From contig NC_135251.1 of NCBI RefSeq assembly GCF_964204865.1, positions 17,732,001 to 17,796,000 of the forward strand: a stretch of DNA of 64,000 bases. The letters are read 5' to 3'. This document shows, piece by piece, positions 25,733 through 37,129 of this stretch; position 1 is the first letter of the stretch, and the number at the start of each line of letters is the position of its first letter. The DNA is from Styela clava (lineage: Eukaryota). The notes beneath the pieces are model-generated. The model was given only the letters and a program-made list of their open reading frames with translations. It was not told the DNA's origin and did not search any database. The translations under genes were made by a program, and so were the position numbers.

Positions 25733-25958
25733 GATTGTAAAAAGTGTGTTTTACTCCATCAATAATTCAACAATATTGAGAAAACTTGGAACAATCTGAA
25801 AATCAAAACATCAACTCATCATTCAAGTGTTTGAGTAATGTCTTTTCAGTTTCTTCCATGATTGCAAAAACTGTGTTTTACTCTGTGTTTTTATCAATAA
25901 AATAATTCAACCATATTGAGAAAACTTGAAATAACCTGAAAACCATAATATCAACTCA
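25695..25958 (-). repeat. Tandem duplication (~130 bp) of the RLR-A splice acceptor, 5' UTR and first 11 codons
   Basis: 25695-25818 aligns with 25822-25958; the second copy reads MEETEKTLLKHLNDELMF* (25859-25803) vs the real start MKEAEKALLKHW. Confidence 0.85.
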
Positions 25959-27702
25959 AAATCGAGTTGAGGGACATTTAAGAAAAACAACATGGCTTGT
26001 AAATTCAGCAATAAATAAGTGTTCCGAACAAAATAAAAGTTTTGCTCTGTGCACTCAATACTGGTGTATATTCTTGTCTATGAGACTGGAAGAAAACCAG
26101 CAACTACAATCTAGAAAGTGAGCATGGAAGAAGGAATTAAACTGCTGATATTCAAAGTTATTTATGGGTACAAATTCCCTGTTGAAAATTAATATATATT
26201 AGTATTTGATAAAAATTGATCATAGGCCCTGTATTGCCGAATTTGCGGACTACTTTTCTTACATATATAATTACTTACCGGTACTTATGATTTTTCAATA
26301 AACACCACTGTTAGTAAACATGTAGAGATTGAGGAGTTTTGAATATTTTTTTGACCAAATATCTAATAAGAATGTTTTAATTTCAATATCTCTGATTATG
26401 TTTAGTATCACACCATCTCTTTTAACTTTACTTAAATTTGGAACAACTTTAGATATGGTAGTATACTTTCTGAATAAACTATAATGAAGTAAAAGTGAGT
26501 GAGGTTAATGATAAAAAGTAACATTTATTGATGAATACATCAAATGCCTCATCTAGGGGGTAAGGCAAATTTATGATGCATTGATGTTTAATTGATTTAT
26601 AGTGATTATTATTTTTCTTAAATAAACCTAAAAAATTTATTAACATGCCCTTTATAAGCCAAGTTGAATGAGGTTGTAACCAAATAATGCTTTGTGTCTA
26701 CAAACGAAACATTACGATTCCATGATTCGTGAAATTTTACAAGATAAAAAATATAAGACTCACTAGAAAAGGCAGTAAATGTAAGAAAAATAGAAATGAC
26801 CCTTAACAGAAAATATGAAAACCAAAAATAGTAGAATTTTTACAAACTTACGAAGAATACTCATTGCCAGTTGTATTGGTGCAGTTTTTTTGACTAGACT
26901 TGGAGCATCTTTATCCTGTTGTATTTGAAAAAGTAATGATATCTAGATAGCAGAACATCTGAAATATGAATAACACAACATTATTTACCACATATGGTAA
27001 GCAATAAAAGCTAAAACAAATCAATTGCGAGCAGACTCAGTGGAGATGGTGCCCACTGTTCAGTATAATTTTGAATTGACAAAATAAAGTATATTCATCT
27101 AAAATTCATCTCAATCAGCATACATCTCATTTTCAATTTGTAGAATATTATCAGCTTACATCTAATTTATAAATATTAGTTAACAATAATAAATGCACAC
27201 AATTTTTCAGTATTCGAAAGAAGATAATTTAAAGATATACAAGAGAAATCAGCATGCAACCGAATAATCAAATTCGTACGAATTTGCAAATAAAACTAGT
27301 AATAAATATTATCAAGTTTTCTTTATTTCAGCAAAAGAAGTTTCAATATGAAAGAAGGGGAAAATATTGCAGAGCATGTTTAATGAATTTGAAGAAATAT
27401 AAAATTTATTTATAAACGGTGATATTTTTTAGGATTTTCCAAATAATTTCTCATACACTTGAAGGTCAACAATTAGAAGAGTTGATTATTAGCTTAGAAA
27501 TATGATAATATAACTACAATGCAATAAATGCAAACATAAGCTACAGTGAATTATTCGATCATGAACGACAACATTTCAATGTAAATATTCGTTTTTAGAA
27601 TTTAAAAATGCTTAATGAAGTTTTCAAAGCATTAGAAAATCACAAATGAATTTAAATAAAAGATGGTTTTTAACCAGACAAATTTTACAATCTGATGAAC
27701 AA

Positions 27703-29655
27703 TTAAACAGAATAAATTTGTTTCAATTCAGTATACGAAATTTCTTGAAACGATATCTTAGGAACTATCTTCTTCCATTGATTTCCCTTTATTGGATTAT
27801 CTGGAGGATGTTCATTATTAACAAAATGCAGTGCTCCAGAATTTAGAAGTGGAATCGTTATCTCAACATGCTTTGTGAAATTTCCCCATTTTTTATCACA
27901 ATTTTTACAAAAATAGTCAAATTTCTTCTCAGTTCCACCATCCTTCATTGGACGTCTGATGTACTGGGTGCCAAAATGTTTTCTTATGCAAGTATAAATA
28001 TTACCGCTGAGAACTCTTATTTCATTACCTTTGCAAACCAACACTGGACAATCACTGCAGTACACTTCAAAACCCTGACTTAAAACTGCATCTTTTGACA
28101 CAGAAGAAACTTGCTTCAATGACTTTTCAACTTTTGAAGTCATTGCCATGGCGGATTCAAGAATTGGCTTATTTAGGTCAGATTTGTCAAGTTTTTCTTG
28201 CATTTCCTCTATCGCTGTCAAGTAATCCTTTTTGTTATTTTTAGCCATAAATTGAATTTTTTTAATGACTTCACTTTCGGGATCAAATTCATCATTTTGT
28301 GATAGCGTTATAATTCCACTTGTAGCCCCAAGGTTTGCACAAAGAGTTAGTACATCTTTTTCACTTTTATTGGCACCGGGGCTACTTGCAAATCCAATAA
28401 CTTGAGGGACATTTCTGGCATGCTGGTCCTTTAACTTATGGTAATATGACATGATGACATTATATAGATGTTTTTTTCTTGCATGCTGACAATCCGCGAA
28501 TACAATCAAATCAAATTTCTCCAAGGAATCCAGTGTTCCATTTTCCAGACTATCAGTAAGTAATTTTGGTGTTACAATAATGATATTTGAAACATTAACT
28601 GCATCCATAAAATTATTGGTTTTCCCACCTCCGAATACTTTCGCAATGGACCAATTGTATGAAGATAGTAGAATAGACTCAATCTTGGCACAGTATTCAT
28701 GGGCCAGTTCAACTTCTGGAACAATTACCACAATTTTTGATTTCGCGGGAGAGGGAAATCTTCTGGAAATGATAAAAGACATGATGCGGGGTATTTCAAC
28801 TTCTTTTGGTGCATACATTATCACATTCTTACCAATAGAGGCATCATATGCCAAAGTTATTTGTTGATTTTCAAGTGGAATATCTGTTGCTTCACTTTCA
28901 TTCGAAGCCCCATTCGTAGTTTGATGATGTGTAACCAAGCTTGTGTAACCCATTACTTTTGACTGAACATCTATGGTATCAGTTTCTCTATAAGAAACAG
29001 ATTCTTCAGCTACTATGTCACTACTTGGATTACAGAATGCTTTACTCGAGACATCAAGAAACACTCCATTTAACAATTCAATTAGTTCTCCATTGTAATT
29101 TGAATCTATCAAAATTTTTCTGAAACATGTCCACCATCCTGGTGGTTGTCTTACTAAAATAGAAAGTAGTTTTCTGACACCATGTTGATTTCCTTCTTGA
29201 TCAACTCTACTCTCTATCTCTTCAAATTCTTCAGTTCTTATTATACCATGATCTCTTAGACGCTGTCCAACTTCTTTTGCATTGATTATGTCTCTTAGGT
29301 GAGGAGATATGAGAGTAAGAAATTTCCTCATTCGTATCGCATTTTCATATCTGAAAACCACATCCTCAACATCTGAGTCTTCTACACATCCATTCATAAA
29401 TTCTGCCAACACAGAATGTTTAGACTCAAAAATTGCAGCAGTAAACTCTTCAAATGTCATGTCACTGGCTATTACTTCTTCTATTATGAGTTGTACAGCA
29501 ACATGCTTGTTCTTTCGATTAGATTGAATTTGTTCATATGCCCGAGAACCAATTTGAAATAACTGTGGTAATGCATCTATTATATCTAAAGGATCGAGGA
29601 ATTCTTTCAAAACTTGTTTCCAGCTTTCCAGCACTAGAATATGATCTTGTTTCAT
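27703..29655 (-). CDS. RLR-B: truncated RIG-I-like receptor (2 CARD-like, degenerate Hel1, CTD; no Hel2i/Hel2), 650 aa, intronless
   Basis: First ATG at 29655 (MKQDHILVLESWKQ) aligns with the paralogue starts, and an AG acceptor lies at 29791-29792. Walker A is replaced by APKEVEIP, motif II by ADCQH, motif III by GFASS. After LCANLGATSGIITL the chain jumps to the pincer end and an intact CSDC...CKNC...KWG CTD. Confidence 0.85.
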   Translation of the reverse strand: MKQDHILVLESWKQVLKEFLDPLDIIDALPQLFQIGSRAYEQIQSNRKNKHVAVQLIIEEVIASDMTFEEFTAAIFESKHSVLAEFMNGCVEDSDVEDVVFRYENAIRMRKFLTLISPHLRDIINAKEVGQRLRDHGIIRTEEFEEIESRVDQEGNQHGVRKLLSILVRQPPGWWTCFRKILIDSNYNGELIELLNGVFLDVSSKAFCNPSSDIVAEESVSYRETDTIDVQSKVMGYTSLVTHHQTTNGASNESEATDIPLENQQITLAYDASIGKNVIMYAPKEVEIPRIMSFIISRRFPSPAKSKIVVIVPEVELAHEYCAKIESILLSSYNWSIAKVFGGGKTNNFMDAVNVSNIIIVTPKLLTDSLENGTLDSLEKFDLIVFADCQHARKKHLYNVIMSYYHKLKDQHARNVPQVIGFASSPGANKSEKDVLTLCANLGATSGIITLSQNDEFDPESEVIKKIQFMAKNNKKDYLTAIEEMQEKLDKSDLNKPILESAMAMTSKVEKSLKQVSSVSKDAVLSQGFEVYCSDCPVLVCKGNEIRVLSGNIYTCIRKHFGTQYIRRPMKDGGTEKKFDYFCKNCDKKWGNFTKHVEITIPLLNSGALHFVNNEHPPDNPIKGNQWKKIVPKISFQEISYTELKQIYSV

Positions 29656-30069
29656 GTTGCCGAGTGATGCACTAATTGGTAAACTGTTTATTTGCAAAAA
29701 CACAACATCTTCAGTTCGAGGTATTCCGCAGTTTGAAGTATAGGCAATCTTTCGAATGAATCTTCCACCTAAATCTGAATCGAACACTTTCTAAAAAAAA
29801 CAAGTTTTCATCAATTTTATATTTCTGTCATAATAAATATCTTGGTTTGAAATCACCAAATTGAATGAAATACATGAATGAAATTTTGCACTAGCATAAT
29901 ATATCTGAAAGTAAATAGATCTTGGGACCACCTGCATTTTCCAAATTAAGAAGTAACACAGTGGTTTTATAGAGCTATTTTTCCATAATAAAACCAGTTC
30001 CTTATTTCTAAGATTCCTTTCAGCTTGACATTCACATTTTTGTCACCCTGAAATACCAATATCTACAGT

Positions 30070-30148
30070 AGTTCACTTTAAAGTTTCTTTATCAAGTTCA
30101 CTTTTCGTTTTATATTGCTTCACGAATACGTCTTCGCTCAGTTTCATT
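30070..30148 (-). promoter_or_regulatory. Cluster of IRF-element-like motifs upstream of RLR-B
   Basis: Minus strand has aaaacgaaaagtgaact, aaagtgaact, aaagaaact and aatgaaactga within 80 bp, about 300 bp upstream of the RLR-B acceptor. Confidence 0.35.
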
Positions 30149-32112
30149 AGATAAATATAAAGCTATACACACTTGTGCATCCCATTCATGCTTATAATAT
30201 TTTAGGTTTTAATTTAAAATCTGAAAGAAAATATACACCAATCACAAACATATAACTACAAAAATTACCATACATATTTTGAATCCAAATTCATGGATAC
30301 TTGAGTCTTGATAGTATACTGTGAGATATTTGAATATAACAAGTACCAGCCAGAGTACATGTTAAAGCAATTAATCCAGGAAAGAGCATCACACATGTAT
30401 AAAAGATATAGAGGTTGAAAAATACAGCAGATTAGAAAAAATATGAAAGACATTAGTCAAATTTGAACCCCTGTTGAATGTATTAATAATGTGTATAGTG
30501 TTTAAATGTATGTTTTGAAAAAAAACATATGTGTACATGAATATGAACATTTTGATTGATAAACCACAAAAATGGATTTAAACCATCCTAGATATAAATG
30601 GGGCTTCTGTAGCTTAATACAGTGAAAGAGTTTTTGTACGGTTATTCTATTTACATATTATAATGTTATCAAGTGTGTCCCTAATTCCACCTTAAAAGCA
30701 TTGAATTACTTACATGAAATTACATATATATTTACTTACACTATAAAACTTAGGACTCAATAATACCTGACAATGATAAAATAGAAAACAATTTTCTGGG
30801 CTATGTATGTACTCTTTCATAAACCATTTTTTGTCAAATGTGGTACATATAAAAAACTCTTAGCCATAATCACACAAAATAAAATATAGTTGATAGCTGG
30901 CACTTTTTAATCAGCAGAATGGAGAAGAAATCATGTCCTGTATCAATGGTATCAGATAAAGCCTAACTAGTGGAGCTAACTTGGCATACTGCATTATTAA
31001 TCTTTCTATTTGCATCTCGGAATTATAAGATGAAATTGAATTTTGTTTTAGGAATGTTACCACACACCCTCAAACCCCCCGAGTGAATATGAAAACGCAC
31101 AATGACACAGAAATAAAACAATAACCAAACATGTTCAATACTGTTCAAGTATATTTCTGACTGGAACAAAAATTACTAATTTGCATATGATAAAGAATAC
31201 AACAACAATCAATAAAACTGAAGAATTTAGGCTTAATTTATTATTAATATAGTTTATTAGGAGAGGTTCCATATTTCAAGTCTTGCATTTATGGATAGAA
31301 GATATTTCAATAAAAAATACTGCATTTACAATGATTGGGTACACAAATGCCTATTTATTTTATCGGGAATATTAAATAGTTACACATAGAAAAATGTCAA
31401 CATCAACATTGAATGTATATAAAAAGCTTAACACTAAATTTTTTTAAAAACAAATTATACAAAAAAAGCTCAATAGTGTTCCTTTGACAGCAGGTTTTAC
31501 AAGACTATTGAATGAGTATGATGCTACCATGAGATAATGTTGAAATATCTCTTCAAGGTAAAATCCACATTAATACGCAATTTTTTATTAAAAAAAATAA
31601 GAACAAACAATAATATTAGGGTAATGGGGAGAAGGACATAGTAGAAACAATTTCACTAAAAGACTTACGATAATAGCCAGATTGAATTAGGAAGAATTTA
31701 TTTATATAAAAATAATAATATGTAAATCATGATTACAAAAATTATAAAATGCACAAAATTATGTGTTGTTTCATGAAAATATCTTTATTTCTAATTAGTG
31801 TGTAACAACTTGGTTGTATAAACAAATTATTTGCTTTATCCTTTAAAAGCAACATAATTTTTACGAAATTCTGATTGAACATATAAAAATAGTAGTTAAG
31901 TGATCCCAAGTAAATATTTATTGCCAAAAAGATTTGGAGCACAGCCATTTCACAATGGAAACGAAAACAGTGGCTAATTGTAATCTGCATAATAACTACG
32001 GTATATCATCAACTCAGGAGTATGAAAACAAGTCAATCCTATGGAATCTACATATCCTATATGACATCGATTCTGAGAGTAAAACAATTATAATTAGGTA
32101 GACAACAAAATT

Positions 32113-34962
32113 TCAAGGACTCATCACTTTCGTCTCGCCTCTAGTATCCCTGGATTCTGTTAACGCTATTCGACCATCACACTGAAGCAGCTCACTTTGC
32201 TTGTCTGTGAGAATTTGTATGTAACGATTTTCATTTTGTTGACGCAGGCGTTCAATAGTCTCAGCTGCTCGCTCCATCACTAATCTTTTATCAACCTTTG
32301 CTTTATGGTCAATTGGTACTGTTTTTGGCATGACGCTAACTATACAAGGTGATTTTGCCGAGGCGTTAATCTTTTGCTTTGAAGATTTACCTGGTGCATT
32401 ACAGTTGTAATAGATAATCAAGTCACATGCTACAGAAATATTTGGAACAATATCTTTCATGCAAATCAAGGCTTTTATCCTATTATATTTGAAGTCATTC
32501 AAACAAACATTTTTCTGTCTTTGGCAGACAGTAGACGGAGGTTCTGAATCTTCAAGGAATTTTGCATTGAGTGAAAAGTTTGCCAGTCCTCGTTCTTCAT
32601 TCAACCAATTTTTCAAATATGGCATTACATCACCTTCATTGACCACAAGAAGCAGCTTAGCATTTTTATTTCTCTGTATACATGTTGATATTTGTTTTTT
32701 GATTTCAATCAAAGTATCGTTTTGGCAGCTCCCATCTTGTACATAAGATCGTAATTTTGCAATCTGTTTGTCCGAAATATCGAACAGACGTTTCACAACA
32801 ACCTTATTTGCAACATTATAATGTGGATGTTTTTTAACATTTTCTATCAAAAAATCTAGAGCATCATCAGCACGACACAGTAATGAAATTGACAATGCTT
32901 GATTGTATATTCTGAGATAGGAAGACCCGAGTTTTAAAATTGAAGATAAAGTTACGTCATTAATTTGTTTTGCTTTTTCAAACAGAGAATTGCACCACTG
33001 AATGTATTCAACACTGCCTTTAGACAGAGAACCAGATTTTGGAACTCCATATTTCATTATTGAAGGAATGGTTAGCAAATTGAGCATCTCATCAATTGTC
33101 TCACATATACACAAATTGAATGGATCAGTGATATGCTGTTTTTCTATAAAACTATCCTGTTTTTCCAGCTGTGATTTGGAGCGCCTAGATGTCAGTTTGG
33201 GAGTGGCACGTCCGGTAGTAATTCCACCAACAGCATTTAGAAGAGCGCAAAGAGCCCAAGTATACTTTTCTGCTGTTTCTTGTTTCTGAATGTTGCCATA
33301 TCCCAAGTTTGCACAAAGACCGAGGACTTGAGGAAGATGCATAGAATTGGTACGTTGCTTTGCTTTCAAATATTCTAGCATTATATGTTTTAATGGTCCA
33401 GTTTTGTAAACATTCTGACATTCCTCAATAATTATCATGTCAAATTGAGTAATATCATAAGTATCAGATGCTTCAACTAAGGCAGTCAAAAGGACCTGTG
33501 GTGTGATCATAATAACCTGAGATTTTTCCAACAAATAATTCAGTTTATCTGTTCTTCCATCATGAAAAGATACAGCCCACTCTGTTGATGCAAAATATCT
33601 TTCAATAAGGTAATGATCTTTTTTTATTTTTGGAACAATAAAAGCAACTTTTAGACCATTTGAATCTAGTATTGATGGAAATCTTGATTGTATAATATGA
33701 ACTGCCATTTTGGTGCTGTCGGCGACTTCAGATCCATAAATAATGACATTTTGTCCATTGATTGGTTTTGATGACAAACCTATTTGTTCTGGCTGAAGAG
33801 CATCTTTGCCAGTTACCTCTTTTTGATTTCTCATTAAAGAAACATTTATGCCTGCTTCTTTTGGAATGATGCTATTTGCAGGTGAATTTTTCACAGAACT
33901 ACTACTAACAGATCGATTTCTTTGCTTTCTCAGTAACGAAGGATTGAAGCCTGCTTCTTTTGGAATGATGCTATTTGCAGGTGAATTGACAGGACTGGCA
34001 TTTACAGGTTGATTTCTTTGCCTTCTTAATGATGAAAAATTAAAGCCTGCTTTTTTCGGAATAATGTCATTTGTTGGTGAAGACACAAGGGTGTTATTTA
34101 CACGTTGATTTCTACCAGAGAGACCAAAACTTTTTTGAAAAGTTTGATTTCGTGGGTAAGTTGAACTAACTCGCCAGCATTGTGCTTCCCGCATTCTAGC
34201 AGGTGCAATGGCAAAATTTGAAACATTCTTTCCATGAAGCTCATCCATTTGTATTAGAGAAGAAAAAAAATTATCATCTTCATCGCTTGCTTCTTCCTTT
34301 AGAAGAGCAGCTTTTGTCTCCATTGACATATCCTCAGGCTCAATAGAACATTTGAAATCTTTCAGTTCATCAGGCAAATCATGAAAAATTTGTTTAAGCT
34401 CAGTGCTGTAGTTTTTCTTTTCTAAAATTTGCTTGAAGTTTTTTAGCCATTTAGTATTACTTCTTACAAGTATTTGTAACAACATTTTTACACCTTCAAT
34501 ATTCCCACGATTCTTTGATGCTGCATCAATGCGTTCATTTTGTTCTTCAGATATGAACTCTCCTAATTTCAATTCCATGGATATTTCAGATGCATTTATA
34601 CCATTAGTGATATTTTCCATGAAAACTGTAAGAAACTTGCTCACATACTGATGATATTCATAATTATTCAGTGCTTGTTCTTTCTTTGTTTCATTTCCAA
34701 TAATCAGTGCATGTAGCCATTCATGCTGATTTTTGATTGCCTTGAGAAATTGGTTATAAGCCTCACCTGGCATTTTTTCCAGATGATTAATCATGACACT
34801 AACAGCTTCATGTGGCATATCTTGCTTTGCCATAACATCTGTTCGCGCTGCCGAATTGAGATCAAATAAATCTGGAATTTCTGCCATTACTTGTGTTGCA
34901 TTGAGATATAATTTAAGATACTCTCTCCATTTTTCAATAGTTTTCTTTTGAACATCATTCAT
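32113..34962 (-). CDS. RLR-C: RIG-I-like pseudo-helicase (2 CARD-like, repeat linker, degenerate Hel1/Hel2i/Hel2, pincer; no CTD), 949 aa, intronless
   Basis: Colinear with RLR-A (DPFNLCICETIDEM, KGSVEYIQWC, LCRADDALDFL, CDLIIYY). Walker A is YGSEVADST, motif II EECQN, motif III GLCAN; motifs V and VI are lost. It ends after the pincer with no CxxC pairs. AG acceptor near 35006. Confidence 0.87.
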   Translation of the reverse strand: MNDVQKKTIEKWREYLKLYLNATQVMAEIPDLFDLNSAARTDVMAKQDMPHEAVSVMINHLEKMPGEAYNQFLKAIKNQHEWLHALIIGNETKKEQALNNYEYHQYVSKFLTVFMENITNGINASEISMELKLGEFISEEQNERIDAASKNRGNIEGVKMLLQILVRSNTKWLKNFKQILEKKNYSTELKQIFHDLPDELKDFKCSIEPEDMSMETKAALLKEEASDEDDNFFSSLIQMDELHGKNVSNFAIAPARMREAQCWRVSSTYPRNQTFQKSFGLSGRNQRVNNTLVSSPTNDIIPKKAGFNFSSLRRQRNQPVNASPVNSPANSIIPKEAGFNPSLLRKQRNRSVSSSSVKNSPANSIIPKEAGINVSLMRNQKEVTGKDALQPEQIGLSSKPINGQNVIIYGSEVADSTKMAVHIIQSRFPSILDSNGLKVAFIVPKIKKDHYLIERYFASTEWAVSFHDGRTDKLNYLLEKSQVIMITPQVLLTALVEASDTYDITQFDMIIIEECQNVYKTGPLKHIMLEYLKAKQRTNSMHLPQVLGLCANLGYGNIQKQETAEKYTWALCALLNAVGGITTGRATPKLTSRRSKSQLEKQDSFIEKQHITDPFNLCICETIDEMLNLLTIPSIMKYGVPKSGSLSKGSVEYIQWCNSLFEKAKQINDVTLSSILKLGSSYLRIYNQALSISLLCRADDALDFLIENVKKHPHYNVANKVVVKRLFDISDKQIAKLRSYVQDGSCQNDTLIEIKKQISTCIQRNKNAKLLLVVNEGDVMPYLKNWLNEERGLANFSLNAKFLEDSEPPSTVCQRQKNVCLNDFKYNRIKALICMKDIVPNISVACDLIIYYNCNAPGKSSKQKINASAKSPCIVSVMPKTVPIDHKAKVDKRLVMERAAETIERLRQQNENRYIQILTDKQSELLQCDGRIALTESRDTRGETKVMSP
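33821..34110 (-). repeat. Coding tandem repeat in RLR-C (96-99 nt, 32-33 aa, 3 copies)
   Basis: Unit RNQxVxxSxVNSPANSIIPKEAGFNxSxLRxQ; DNA core gcctgcttcttttggaatgatgctatttgcaggtgaatt at about 33850 and 33949, with a variant at 34045. Confidence 0.9.
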
Positions 34963-37129
34963 GATGTATAATTCAATACGTTTCTACTATAAAAACAAGA
35001 AAACCCTGTGAAAATAGGTAAATTGAAGTTTAAACTTATTGGAATGACATAAATTTAACTCTGATAGCTTTAATAATTATTGAATAAAAAGTTAGATAGT
35101 TGCACATCCACGCAGGCAAAATCTGAGCACAAGAAACAAGATAAAAGTGAACCAAAGCCTGACTGATGCTCATTTAGGTAATATATATTTGTGATAAAAA
35201 CTATATTACTATCGGCTTTCTGACACTCTTGATTTCTGTGAAATCTGGCAAAGTCTATAGACAATCTGTCAAGACTAAAATAGCTTGCAACCCTAATATT
35301 TTCTATCGTTATAAGCAAGGAATGTTTTGACAAAGACTATAATGTTTTCACAAAGACTTCATTTAGAGAAAGAAAAAAATTCATGAAGAGTTCATACTTG
35401 TCGCGACGTATACTGAACAAATGAAAGCAAAGTGCTTACAAAGCAATTGTATTACTACAACAACACCAAACTAGCTGATTCAAAAATGTAATTCTTACAG
35501 ATACTTGTTTTCGAGGAAAGAAAAATTAAGTTCAGAATAATTATTTCATACTGTTGCGCATACTGAATAAATTAAAAAGTAAAATTCTTACAAAGCAATT
35601 GTGTTAACCAAGGCAGTCAATTGTTTTACGAAAAAAGGAAATGCATCTAGAAAATTAGACAGAAAGTGAATGGACAGTGCAGAAACCAAACAAATATTCT
35701 CGGCATTAAACGTTTACGTTATTCTCACAAAATAAACCATCAAGAAAATCTAAATAAATTGTGCTTACATAAATAGTTTCTGCATATGTCCACATGCCAC
35801 AACACTAAACTACCAATATTGCAGTTAAATTTGAATAAGTTTGCCTTTCTGAAGAAAAATTTCACACAAATTTAATATGTATGATATAGTAATATTTTAA
35901 ATTGGAGATTCATTTCATATCAGTATCAATATAGTGGTATAGTTACCAGGCACACGAATTCTGTGCCTCCGGAAACCAACATTAACTGTGTTTACATAAG
36001 GCAAATATTGATTTCAATTTTTAAAATAATTGAATACTGCTCCACTTATATTGTAGGTGTATTGTACAAACAAATTTCCGTACAAAAAATACGGTGCTTG
36101 TTTCTACTCATCTTAATGAAACTTACAGGTTTTTGTGATAAATATGATTCCCTTTTATTACTTAGTAATGTCTTCTTATGAATTGTAGATCAAGTTTCAA
36201 TACTCAAGTGAATCTTGAGTACTGAAACTATTTTTATGGTCAATGTTTATTGAAATAATTTAATCAAAATCCAACCCAAAGACTCCATAACTATCTGGCC
36301 ACCTTGAAATTTTTTATTCTTTCATTACCTCCTCCATTTCCATAATTGATTATGCCAATATCTTGAACTTGATTACTCCCTAAATTCAATATTCACAGGT
36401 TAATATTTCAAGGATGTGACTTTTTCAATTAGTAGGTGGAGATCAGCAGCGCTCTCAACCACTGGACCGAGGATATTAACATTTGTTATTGTTTTGCCAC
36501 ATTTCGCACGGCTCAAAAATCAAAATTACAATTAAATGATTTTTATGTCGCAAATCTCAAAATATGAATATGATTTATATCAGACAGGCCATTCACAGCT
36601 AATAATAGTAATACCATTTCAATATGATGTATAAGCATGCTTAGATGAGCAGCACAAGCCCTAAATTCTGGCATGGATTTAGGAAAGATAAACTCATTGT
36701 TCTTCTTCGACCAATCACAGTTCCATACCACTTTGATGTACATTCAGTATGCATTAGGAATGACGTTGACAAACTGCAACAACTGGCAAATCTGGCGAGC
36801 GTATTCCTAACGCTTGGCCCGTTGAGCCACACCGCCGCGTTTTTAAGCTGGGAAAATGCAATATTCTGACATTAATGCACCAGAAAAAGCATACGGTAAG
36901 CAAATGAAGCAGCACAGACACAGAAAAGGATTCTCATGTTTGTGTACTTGAGAATACTTTATCCCTTCCCCCAGGCCCCGTCAGTAAAAAGAGCACAGAA
37001 AAACTTTTAGAAACGAACGAACTAACTCAGTATATCGTAATTTTCCGTCTCTCAGTAGCTGTTGAAATGCTGTAACGTATAACTCCAAAATCGTTGTGCA
37101 ATAAATAATGCTCTATATTACCAAGACTT

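Noticed and set aside
29656-29787. 44-aa N-terminal extension of RLR-B in the ORF track
   Set aside because: It starts at GTG; the first ATG (29655) aligns with both paralogue starts, so this is treated as 5' UTR.
23075-34651. Plus-strand ORFs overlapping the RLR genes
   Set aside because: Antisense shadow frames of real coding sequence with no recognisable motifs.
27703-34962. RLR-B and RLR-C as simple pseudogenes
   Set aside because: Long uninterrupted ORFs despite heavy divergence, in-frame indels and retained Zn ligands in B argue for selection; expression is still unverified.
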